Shown here one piece after another: positions 51,190-62,035 of a stretch of 64,000 nt of DNA. The stretch spans positions 133,734,001 through 133,798,000 of the forward strand of contig OZ024744.1 of NCBI GenBank assembly GCA_964016885.1, written 5' to 3'. A program made the translations under genes and the position numbers. This DNA is from Eledone cirrhosa (lineage: Eukaryota). Under the pieces are notes generated by a model. It had not been told where the DNA came from. It ran no database searches and saw only the letters and a program-made list of their open reading frames with translations. Position 1 is the stretch's first letter. Each line of letters starts with the position of its first letter.

Positions 51190-54100
51190 GTTAAGATGGG
51201 GTTAAGTTAAGTTGGGGTTAAGTTAAGTTGAGGTTAAGTTAAGTTGGGGTTAAATTAAGTTGGGGTTAAGTTAAGTTGGGGTTAAGTTAAGTTGGGGTTA
51301 AGTTAAGTTGAGGATAAGTTAAGTTGGGGATAATTTAAGTTGGGGTTAAGTTAAGTTGGGTTTAAGTTAAGTTGGGGTTAAGTTAAGTTGGGGTTAAGTT
51401 AAGTTGGGGTTAAGTTAAGTTGGGGTTAAGTTAAGTTGGGGTTAAGTTAAGTTGGGGCTAAGTTAAGTTGGGGCTGAGTTAAGTTGGGGTTAAGTTAAGC
51501 TGGGGTTAAGTTAAGTTGGGGTTAAGTTAAGTTGGGGTTTATTTAAGTTGGGGTTAAATTAAGTTGGGGTTCAGTTAAGTTGGGGTTAAGATAAGTTGGG
51601 GTTAAGATGGGGTTAAATTAAGTTGGGGTTAAGTTAAGTTGGGGTTAAGTTAAGTTGGGGTTAAGTTAAGTTGGGGTTAAGTTAAGTCGGGGTTAAGTTA
51701 AGTCGGGGTTAAGTTAAGTTAGGGTTCAGTTAAGTTGGGGTTAAGTTAAGTTGGGGTTGAGTTAAGTTGGGGTTGAGTTAAATTGGGGTTGAGTTAAGTT
51801 GGGGTTGAGTTAAGTTGGTTTTGAGTTAAGTTGGGGTTAAGTTAAGTTGGGGTTAAGTTAAGGTGCGGTTAAGTTAAGTTGGGGTTAAGTTAAGTTGGGG
51901 CTAATTTAAGTTGGGGCTAAGTTAAGTTGGGGCTAAGTTAAGTTGGGGTTAAGTTAAGTCGGGGTTAAGTTAAGTTGGGGTTAAGTTAAGTTGAGGTTAA
52001 TTTAATTTGGGGTTAAGTTAAGTTGGGGTTAAGTTAAGTTGGGGCTAAGTTAAGTTGGGGTTAAGTTAAGTTGGGTTTAAGTTAAGTTGGGGTTAAGTTA
52101 AGTTGGGGTCAAGTTAAGTTGGGGTTAAGTTAAGTTGGTTAGTTAAGTTGAGTTTAAGTTAAGTTGGGGTTAATTTAAGTTGGGGTTAAGTTAAGTTGGG
52201 GTTAAGTTAAGTTGGGGTTAAGTTAAGTTGGGGTTAACTTAAGTTGGGGTTAAGTTAAGTCGGGGTTAATTTAAGTCGGGGTTAAGTTAAGTTAGGGTTC
52301 AGTTAAGTTGGGGTTAAGTTAAGTTGGGGTTGAGTTAAGTTGGGGTTGAGTTAAATTGGCGTTGAGTTAAGTTGCGGTTGAGTTAAGTTGGTGTTGAGTT
52401 AAGTTGGGGTTAAGTTAAGTTGGGGTTAAGTTAAGTTGCAGTTAAGTTAAGTTGAGGTTAAGTTAAGGTGGGGTTAAGTTAAGTCGGGGTTAAGTTAAGT
52501 TGTGGTTGAGTTAAGTTGGGGTTAATTTAAGTTGGGGCTAAGTTAATTTGTGGTTAAGTTAAGTTGGGGTTAAGTTAAGTTGGGGTTAAGTTAAGTTGGG
52601 GTTGAGTTAAGTTGGGGTTGAGTTAATTTGGGGTTAAGTTAAGTTGGGGTTAAGTTAAGTTGGGTTTAAGTTAAGTTGGGGTTAAATTAAGTTGGGGTTA
52701 AATTAAGGTGGGGTTAAGTTAAGTTGGGGGTAAGTTAAGTTGGGGGCAAGTTAAGTTGGGGTTAATTTAAGTTGGGGTTAAATTAAGTTGGGGTTAGGTT
52801 AAGTTGGTGTTAAGTTAAGTTGGGGTTAATTTAAGTTGGGGTTAATTAAGTTGGGGTTAAGTTAAGTTGGGGTTAAGTTAAGTTGGGGTTAATTTAAGTT
52901 GGGGTTGAGTTAAGTTGGAGATCAGTTAAGTTGGGGATAAGTTAAGTTGGGGTTAAGTTAAGTTGGGGTTAAGTTAAGTTGGGGTTAAGTTAAGTTGGTG
53001 TTAAGTTAAGTTGGGGCTAAGTTAAGTTGGGGCTGAGTTAAGTTGGGGCTGAGTTAAGTTGGGGTTAAGTTAAGTTGGGGTTGAGTTAAGTTGGGGTTAA
53101 GTTAAGTTGGGGTCAAGTTAAGTTGGGGTTAAGTTGGGGTTAAGTTAAGTTAGGTTTAAGTTAAGTTGGGGTTAAGTTAAGTTGGGGTTAAGTTAAGTTG
53201 GGGTTAAGTTAAGTTGGGGTTAAGTTAAGTTGGGGTTAAGTTAATTTGTGGTTAAGTTAAGTTGGGGTTAAGTTAAGTTGGGGTTAAATTAAGTTGGGGT
53301 TAAGTTAAGTTGGGGTTAAGTTAAGTTGGGGTTAAGTTAAGTTGGGGATAAGTTAAGTTGGGGATAATTTAAGTTGGGGTTAAGTTAAGTTGGGTTTAAG
53401 TTAAGTTGGGGTTAAGTTAAGTTGTGGATAAGTTAAGTTGGGGTTAAGTTAAGTTGGGGTTAAGTTAAGTTGAGGCTAAGTTAAGTTGGGGCTGAGTTAA
53501 GTTGGGGTTAAGTTAAGTTGGGGTAAAGTTAAGTTGGGGTTAATTTAAGTTGGGGTTTATTTAAGTTGGGGTTACGTTAAGTTGGTGTTAAGTTAAGTTG
53601 GGGTTAATTTAAGTTGGGGTTAATTAAGTTGGGGTTAAGTTAAGTTGGGGTTAAGTTAAGATGGGGTTAATTTAAGTTGGGATTGAGTTAAGTTGGGGTT
53701 AAGTTAAGTTGGGGTTAAGTTAAGTTGGTGTTAAGTTAAGTTGTGGCTAAGTTAAGTTGGGGCTGAGTTAAGTTGGGGCTGAGTTAAGTTGGGGTTAAGT
53801 TAAGTTGGGGTTGAGTTAAGTTGGGGTTAAGTTAAGTTGGGGTCAAGTTAAGTCGGGGTTAAGTTGGGGTTAAGTTAAGTTAGGGTTAAGTTAAGTTGGG
53901 GTTAAGTTAAGTTGGGGTTAAGTTAAGTTGGGGTTAAGTTAAGTTGGGGTTAAGTTAAGTTGGGGTTAAGTTAATTTGTGGTTAAGTTAAGTTGGGGTTA
54001 AGTTAAGTTGGGGTTAAGTTAAGTTGGGGTTAAGTTAAGTCGGGGTTAAGTTAAGTTGGGGTTAAGTTAAGTTGGGGTTAATTTAAGTTGGGGTTAAGTT

Positions 54101-56190
54101 AAGTTGGGGTTAAGTTAAGTTGGGGTTAAGTTAAGATGGGGTTAAGTTAAGTTGGGGTTAAGTTAAGTTGAGGTTAAGTTAAGTTGGGGTTAAATAAAGT
54201 TGGGGTTAAGTTAAGTTGGGGTTAAGTTAAGTTGGGGTTAAGTTAAGTTGAGGATAAGTTAAGTTGGGGATAATTTAAGTTGGGGTTAAGTTAAGTTGGG
54301 TTTAAGTTAAGTTGGGGTTAAGTTAAGTTGGGGTTAAGTTAAGTTGGGGTTAAGTTAAGTTGGGGTTAAGTTAAGTTGGGGTTAAGTTAAGTTGGGGCTA
54401 AGTTAAGTTGGGGCTGAGTTAAGTTGGGGTTAAGTTAAGCTGGGGTTAAGTTAAGTTGGGGTTAAGTTAAGTTGGGGTTTATTTAAGTTGGGGTTAAATT
54501 AAGTTGGGGTTCAGTTAAGTTGGGGTTAAGATAAGTTGGGGTTAAGATGGGGTTAAATTAAGTTGGGGTTAAGTTAAGTTGGGGTTAAGTTAAGTTGGGG
54601 TTAAGTTAAGTTGGGGTTAAGTTAAGTCGGGGTTAAGTTAAGTCGGGGTTAAGTTAAGTTAGGGTTCAGTTAAGTTGGGGTTAAGTTAAGTTGGGGTTGA
54701 GTTAAGTTGGGGTTGAGTTAAATTGGGGTTGAGTTAAGTTGGGGTTGAGTTAAGTTGGTTTTGAGTTAAGTTGGGGTTAAGTTAAGTTGGGGTTAAGTTA
54801 AGTTGCAGTTAAGTTAAGTTGGGGTTAAGTTAAGTTGGGGCTAAGTTAAGTTGGGGCTAAGTTAAGTTGGGGCTAAGTTAAGTTGGGGTTAAGTTAAGTC
54901 GGGGTTAAGTTAAGTTGGGGTTAAGTTAAGTTGAGGTTAATTTAATTTGGGGTTAAGTTAAGTTGGGGTTAAGTTAAGTTGGGGCTAAGTTAAGTTGGGG
55001 TTAAGTTAAGTTGGGTTTAAGTTAAGTTGGGGTTAAGTTAAGTTGGGGTCAAGTTAAGTTGGGGTTAAGTTAAGTTGGTTAGTTAAGTTGAGTTTAAGTT
55101 AAGTTGGGGTTAATTTAAGTTGGGGTTAAGTTAAGTTGGGGTTAAGTTAAGTTGGGGTTAAGTTAAGTTGGGGTTAAGTTAAGTTGGGGTTAAGTTAAGT
55201 CGGGGTTAATTTAAGTCGGGGTTAAGTTAAGTTAGGGTTCAGTTAAGTTGGGGTTAAGTTAAGTTGGGGTTGAGTTAAGTTGGGGTTGAGTTAAATTGGC
55301 GTTGAGTTATGTTGCGGTTGAGTTAAGTTGGTGTTGAGTTAAGTTGGGGTTAAGTTAAGTTGGGGTTAAGTTAAGTTGCAGTTAAGTTAAGTTGAGGTTA
55401 AGTTAAGGTGGGGTTAAGTTAAGTCGGGGTTAAGTTAAGTTGTGGTTGAGTTAAGTTGGGGTTAATTTAAGTTGGGGCTAAGTTAATTTGTGGTTAAGTT
55501 AAGTTGGGGTTAAGTTAAGTTGGGGTTAAGTTAAGTTGGGGTTGAGTTAAGTTGGGGTTGAGTTAATTTGGGGTTAAGTTAAGTTGGGGTTAAGTTAAGT
55601 TGGGTTTAAGTTAAGTTGGGGTTAAATTAAGTTGGGGTTAAATTAAGGTGGGGTTAAGTTAAGTTGGGGGTAAGTTAAGTTGGGGGCAAGTTAAGTTGGG
55701 GTTAATTTAAGTTGGGGTTAAATTAAGTTGGGGTTACGTTAAGTTGGTGTTAAGTTAAGTTGGGGTTAATTTAAGTTGGGGTTAATTAAGTTGGGGTTAA
55801 GTTAAGTTGGGGTTAAGTTAAGTTGGGGTTAATTTAAGTTGGGGTTGAGTTAAGTTGGAGTTCAGTTAAGTTGGGGATAAGTTAAGTTGGGGTTAAGTTA
55901 AGTTGGGGTTAAGTTAAGTTGGGGTTAAGTTAAGTTGGTGTTAAGTTAAGTTGGGGCTAAGTTAAGTTGGGGCTGAGTTAAGTTGGGGCTGAGTTAAGTT
56001 GGGGTTAAGTTAAGTTGGGATTGAGTTAAGTTGGGGTTAAGTTAAGTTGGGGTCAAGTTAAGTTGGGGTTAAGTTGGGGTTAATTTAAGTTAGGTTTAAG
56101 TTAAGTTGGGGTTAAGTTAAGTTGGGGTTAAGTTAAGTTGGGGTTAAGTTAAGTTGGGGTTAAGTTAAGTTGGGGTTAAGTTAATTTGTG
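51190..56190 (+). repeat. Direct repeat of higher-order blocks at a 2940-bp offset (about 51190-53250 and about 54130-56190)
   Basis: Markers at +2940: TGAGGATAAG 51311/54251, TTAAGCTGGGG 51500/54440, GGGGGCAAG 52747/55687, TAAGTTGGAG 52911/55851. Confidence 0.82.
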
Positions 56191-59100
56191 GTTAAGTTAA
56201 GTTGGGGTTAAGTTAAGTTGGGGTTAAGTTAAGTTGGGGTTAAGTTAAGTCGGGGTTAAATTAAGTTGGGGTTAAGTTAAGTTGGGGTTAATTTAAGTTG
56301 GGATTAAGTTAAGTTGGGGTTAAGTTAAGTTGGGGTTAAGTTAAGATGGGGTTAAGTTAAGTTGGGGTTAAGTTAAGTTGAGGTTAAGTTAAGTTGGGGT
56401 TAAATTAATTGGGGTTAAGTTAAGTTGGGGTTAAGTTAAGTTGGGGTTAAGTTAAGTTGGGGATAAGTTAAGTTGGGGATAATTTAAGTTGGGGTTAAGT
56501 TAAGTTGGGTTTAAGTTAAGTTGGGGTTAAGTTAAGTTGGGGTTAAGTTAAGTTGGGGTTAAGTTAAGTTGGGGTTAAGTTAAGTTGGGGCTAAGTTAAG
56601 TTGGGGCTGAGTTAAGTTGGGGTTAAGTTAAGTTGGGGTTAAGTTAAGTTGGGGTTAAGTTAAGTTGGGGTTTATTTAAGTTGGGGTTAAATTAAGTTGG
56701 GGTTCAGTTAAGTTGGGGTTAAGATAAGTTGGGGTTAAGATGGGGTTAAATTAAGTTGGGGTTAAGTTAAGTTGGGGTTAAGTTAAGTTGGGGTTAAGTT
56801 AAGTCGGGGTTAAGTTAAGTCGGGGTTAAGTTAAGTTAGGGTTCAGTTAAGTTGGGGTTAAGTTAAGTTGGGGTTGAGTTAAGTTGGGGTTGAGTTAAAT
56901 TGGGGTTGAGTTAAGTTGGGGTTGAGTTAAGTTGGTTTTGAGTTAAGTTGGGGTTAAGTTAAGTTGGGGTTAAGTTAAGTTGCAGTTAAGTTAAGTTGAG
57001 GTTAAGTTAAGGTGCGGTTAAGTTAAGTTGGGGTTAAGTTAAGTTGGGGCTAAGTTAAGTTGGGGCTAAGTTAAGTTGGGGCTAAGTTAAGTTGGGGCTA
57101 AGTTAAGTTGGGGTTAAGTTAAGTTGAGGTTAATTTAATTTGGGGTTAAGTTGGGGTTAAGTTAAGTTGGGGTTAATTAAGTTGGGGTTAAGTTAAGTTG
57201 GGTTTAAGTTAAGTTGGGGTTAAGTTAAGTTGGGGTCAAGTTAAGTTGGGGTTAAGTTAAGTTGGTTAGTTAAGTTGAGTTTAAGTTAAGTTGGGGTTAA
57301 TTTAAGTTGGGGTTAAGTTAAGTTGGGGTTAAGTTAAGTTGGGGTTAAGTTAAGTTGGGGTTAAGTTAAGTTGGGGTTAAGTTAAGTCGGGGTTAATTTA
57401 AGTCGGGGTTAAGTTAAGTTGGGGTTGAGTTAAGTTGGGGTTGAGTTAAATTGGCGTTGAGTTAAGTTGGGGTTGAGTTAAGTTGGTGTTTAGTTAAGTT
57501 GGGGTTAAGTTAAGTTGGGGTTAAGTTAAGTTGCAGTTAAGTTAAGTTGAGGTTAAGTTAAGGTGGGGTTAAGTTAAGTCGGGGTTAAGTTAAGTTGTGG
57601 TTGAGTTAAGTTGGGGTTAATTTAAGTTGGGGCTAAGTTAATTTGTGGTTAAGTTAAGTTGGGGTTAAGTTAAGTTGGGGTTAAGTTAAGTTGGGGTTGA
57701 GTTAAGTTGGGGTTGAGTTAATTTGGGGTTAAGTTAAGTTGGGGTTAAGTTAAGTTGGGTTTAAGTTAAGTTGGGGTTAAATTAAGTTGGGGTTAAATTA
57801 AGTTGGGGTTAAGTTAAGTTGGGGGTAAGTTAAGTTGGGGGCAAGTAAGTTGGGGTTAATTTAAGTTGGGGTTAAATTAAGTTGGGGTTACGTTAAGTTG
57901 GTGTTAATTTAAGTTGGGGTTAATTTAAGTTGGGGTTAATTAAGTTGGGGTTAAGTTAAGTTGGGGTTAAGTTAAGTTGGGGTTAATTTAAGTTGGAGTT
58001 GAGTTAAGTTGGGGTTCAGTTAAGTTGGGGATAAGTTAAGTTGGGGTTAAGTTAAGTTGGGGTTAAGTTAAGTTGGGGTTAAGTTAAGTTGGTGTTAAGT
58101 TAAGTTGGGGCTAAGTTAAGTTGGGGCTGAGTTAAGTTGGGGCTGAGTTAAGTTGGGGTTAAGTTAAGTTGGGGTTGAGTTAAGTTGGGGTTAAGTTAAG
58201 TTGGGGTCAAGTTAAGTTGGGGTTAAGTTGGGGTTAAGTTAAGTTAGGTTTAAGTTAAGTTGGGGTTAAGTTAAGTTGGGGTTAAGTTAAGTTGGGGTTA
58301 AGTTAAGTTGGGGTTAAGTTAAGTTGGGGTTAAGTTAATTTGTGGTTAAGTTAAGTTGGGGTTAAGTTAAGTTGGGGTTAAGTTAAGTTGGGGTTAAGTT
58401 AAGTCGGGGTTAAGTTAAGTTGGGGTTAAGCTAAGTTGGGGTTAATTTAAGTTGGGGTTAAGTTAAGTTGGGGCTAAGTTAAGTTGAGGTTAAGTTAAGT
58501 TGGGGTTAAATTAAGTTGGGGTTAAGTTAAGTTGGGGTTAAGTTAAGTTGGGGTTAAGTTAAGTTGAGGTTAAGTTAAGTTGGGGTTAAATTAAGTTGGG
58601 GTTAAGTTAAGTTGGGGTTAAGTTAAGTTGGGTTTAATTTAAGTTGGGGTTAAGTTAAGTTGGGGATAAGTTAAGTTGGGGTTAAGTTAAGTTGGGGTTA
58701 AGTTAAGTTGGGGTTAAGTTAAGTTGGGGTTAATTTAAGTTGGGGTTTATTTAAGTTGGGGTTAATTAAGTTGGGGTTAAGTTAAGTTGGGGTTAATTTA
58801 AGTTGGGGTTGAGTTAAGTTGGGGTTAAGTTAAGTTGGGGTTATATTAAGTTGGGGTTATGTTAAGTTGGGGTTCAGTTAAGTTGGGTATGAGTTAAGTT
58901 GGGGTTAAGTTAAGTTGGGGTTAAGTTAAGTTGGGGTTAATTAAGTTGGGGTTAAGTTAAGTTGGGGTTAATTTAAGTTGGGGTTCAGTTAAGTTGGGGT
59001 TAAGTTAAGTTGGGGTTATATTAAGTTGGGGTTAAGTTAAGTTGGGGTTCAGTTAAGTTGGGTATAAGTTAAGTTGGGGTTAAGTTAAGTTGGGGTTAAG

Positions 59101-60599
59101 TTAAGTTGGGGTTAAGTTAAGTTGGTGTTAAGTTAAGTTGGGGCTAAGTTAAGTTGGGGCTGAGTTAAGTTGGGGCTGAGTTAAGTTGGGGTTAAGTTAA
59201 GTTGGGGTCAAGCTAAGTTGGGGTTAAGTTGGGGTTAAGTTAAGTTAGGTTTAAGTTAAGTTGGGGTTAAGTTAAGTTGGGGTTAAGTTAAGTTGGGGTT
59301 AAGTTAAGTTGGGGTTAAGTTAAGTTTGGGTTAAGTTAATTTCTGGTTAAGTTAAGTTGGGGTTAAGGTAAGTTGGGGTTAAGTTAAGTTGGGGTTAAGT
59401 TAAGTCGGGGTTAAGTTAAGTTGGGGTTAAGTTAAGTTGGGGTTAATTTAAGTTGGGGTTAAGTTAAGTTGGGGTCAAGTTAAGTTGGGGTTAAGTTGGG
59501 ATTAAGTTAATTTAGGTTTAAGTTAAGTTGGGGTTAAGTTGGGGTTAAGTTAAGTTGGGCTTAAGTTAAGTTGGGGTTAAGTTAAGTTGGGGTTAAGTTA
59601 ATTTGTGGTTAAGTTAAGTTAGGGTTAAGTTAAGTTGGGGTTAAGTTGAGTTGGGGTTAAGTTAAGTCGGGGTTAAGTTAAGTTGGGGTTAAGTTAAGTT
59701 GGGGTTAATTTAAGTTGGGGTTGAATTAAGTTGGGGTTAAGTTAAGTTGGGGTTAAATTAAGTTGGGGTTAAGTTAAGTTGGGGTTAAGTCAAGTTGGGG
59801 TTAAGTTAAGTTGGGGATAAGTTAAGTTGGGGATAATTTAAGTTGGGGTTAAGTTAAGTTGGGTTTAAGTTAAGTTGGGGTTAAGTTAAGTTGGGGTTAA
59901 GTTAAGTTGGGGTTAAGTTAAGTTGGGGTTAAGTTAAGTTGGGGTTAAGTTAAGTTGGGGCTAAGTTAAGTTGGGGCTGAGTTAAGTTGGGGTTAAGTTA
60001 AGTTGGGCTTAATTTAAGTCGGGGTTAAGTTAAGTTAGGGTTCAGTTAAGTTGGGGTTAAGTTAAGTTGGGGTTGAGTTAAGTTGGGGTTGAGTTAAATT
60101 GGGGTTGAGTTAAGTTGGGGTTGAGTTAAGTTGGTGTTGAGTTAAGTTGGGGTTAAGTTAAGTTGGGGTTAAGTTAAGGTGCGGTTAAGTTAAGTTGGGG
60201 TTAAGTTAAGTTGGGGCTAAGTTAAGTTGGGGCTAAGTTAAGTTGGGGCTAAGTTAAGTTGGGGTTAAGTTAAGTTGGGGTTAAGTTAAGTCGGGGTTAA
60301 GTTAAGTTGGGGTTAAGTTAAGTTGGGGTTAATTTAAGTTGGGGTTAAGTTAAGTCGGGGTTAAGTTAAGTTGGGGTTAAGTTAAGTTGGGGTTAAGTTA
60401 AGTTGGGTTTAAGTTAAGTTGGGGTTAAGTTAAGTTGGGGTTAAGTTAAGTTGGGGTTAAGTTAAGTTGGTTAGTTAAGTTGAGTTTAAGTTAAGTTGGG
60501 GTTAATTTAAGTTGGGGTTAAGTTATGTTGGGGTTAAGTTAAGTTGGGGTTAAGTTAAGTTGGGGTTAAGTTAAGTTGGGGTTAAGTTAAGTTGGGGTT

Positions 60600-60772
60600 A
60601 ACCCCAACTTAACTTAACCCCAACTTCACTCAACCCCAACGTAACTCAACCCCAACTTAACTTAACCCCAACTTCACTCAACCCCAACTTAACTTAACCC
60701 CAACTTCACTCAACCCCAACTTCCAACTTGACTTAACCCCAACTTAACTTAGCCCCAACTTAACTTAAGCCC
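60600..60772 (-). repeat. Inverted 173-bp satellite cassette, copy 7 (type B)
   Basis: Junction at 60599/60600; ends ...TTAAGCCC at 60772. Confidence 0.97.
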
Positions 60773-60954
60773 TAAGTCGGGGTTAAGTTAAGTTGGCGTT
60801 AAGTTAAGTTAGGCTTAACTTAAGTTGGGGTTCAGTTAAGTTGGGGGTAAGTTAAGTTGGGGGTAAGTTAAGGTGGGGTTAAGTTAAGTTGCGGTTAAGT
60901 TGGGGTTAAGTTAAGTTAGGGTTAAGTTAAGTTGGGGTTGAGTTAAGTTGGGGT

Positions 60955-62035
60955 TAATTAAGTGGTGGTTATGTTAAGTTGGGGTTAAGTTAAGTTGGGG
61001 TTAATTTAAATTGGGGTTAAGTTAACTTTGTGGTTAAGTTAAGTTGGGGTTAAGTTAAGTTGGGGTTAAGTTGGGGTTGAGTTAAGTTGGGGTTGAGTGA
61101 AGTTGGGGTTAAGTTAAGTTGGGGTTAAGTTTAGTCGGGGTTAAGTTAAGTTGTGGTTGATTTAAGTTGGGGTTAATTTAAGTTGGGGCTAAGTTAATTT
61201 GTGGTTAAGTTAAGTTGGGGTTAAGTTAAGTTGGGGTTAAGTTAAGTTGGGGTTGAGTTAAGTTGGGGTTGAGTTAATTTGGGGTTAAGTTAAGTTGGGG
61301 TTAAGTTAAGTTGGGTTTAAGTTAAGTTGGGGTTAAATTAAGTTGGGGTTAAATTAAGTTGGGGTTAAGTTAAGTTGGGGGTAAGTTAATTTGGGGGCAA
61401 GTTAAGTTGGGGTTAATTTAAGTTGGGGTTAAATTAAGTTGGGGTTACGTTAAGTTGGTGTTAAGTTAAGTTGGGGTTAATTTAAGTTGGGGTTAATTAA
61501 GTGGTGGTTATGTTAAGTTGGGGTTAAGTTAAGTTGGGGTTAATTTAAATTGGGGTTAAGTTAACTTTGTGGTTAAGTTAAGTTAGGGTTAAGTTAAGTT
61601 GGGGTTAAGTTGGGGTTGAGTTAAGTTGGGGTTGAGTGAAGTTGGGGTTAAGTTAAGTTGGGGTTAAGTTTAGTCGGGGTTAAGTTAAGTTGTGGTTGAT
61701 TTAAGTTGGGGTTAATTTAAGTTGGGGCTAAGTTAATTTGTGGTTAAGTTAAGTTGGGGTTAAGTTAAGTTGGGGTTAAGTTAAGTTGGGGTTGAGTTAA
61801 GTTGGGGTTGAGTTAATTTGGGGTTAAGTTAAGTTGGGGTTAAGTTAAGTTGGGTTTAAGTTAAGTTGGGGTTAAATTAAGTTGGGGTTAAATTAAGTTG
61901 GGGTTAAGTTAAGTTGGGGGTAAGTTAATTTGGGGGCAAGTTAAGTTGGGGTTAATTTAAGTTGGGGTTAAATTAAGTTGGGGTTACGTTAAGTTGGTGT
62001 TAAGTTAAGTTGGGGTTAATTTAAGTTGGGGTTAA
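60955..62035 (+). repeat. 539-bp tandem duplication of the post-inversion flank
   Basis: GTGGTGGTTATG occurs at 60962 and 61501 (+539). The GTTAACTTTGTGG, GAGTGAAG, TTTAGTCGGGG and TTGATTTAAG variants follow twice in the same order. Confidence 0.9.

Noticed and set aside
6581-60772. Inversions as random MDA or fold-back sequencing chimeras
   Set aside because: Random chimeras would have different breakpoints and would mirror the adjacent sequence. These have identical breakpoints, private variants and two lineages. Assembly over-duplication cannot be excluded without reads.
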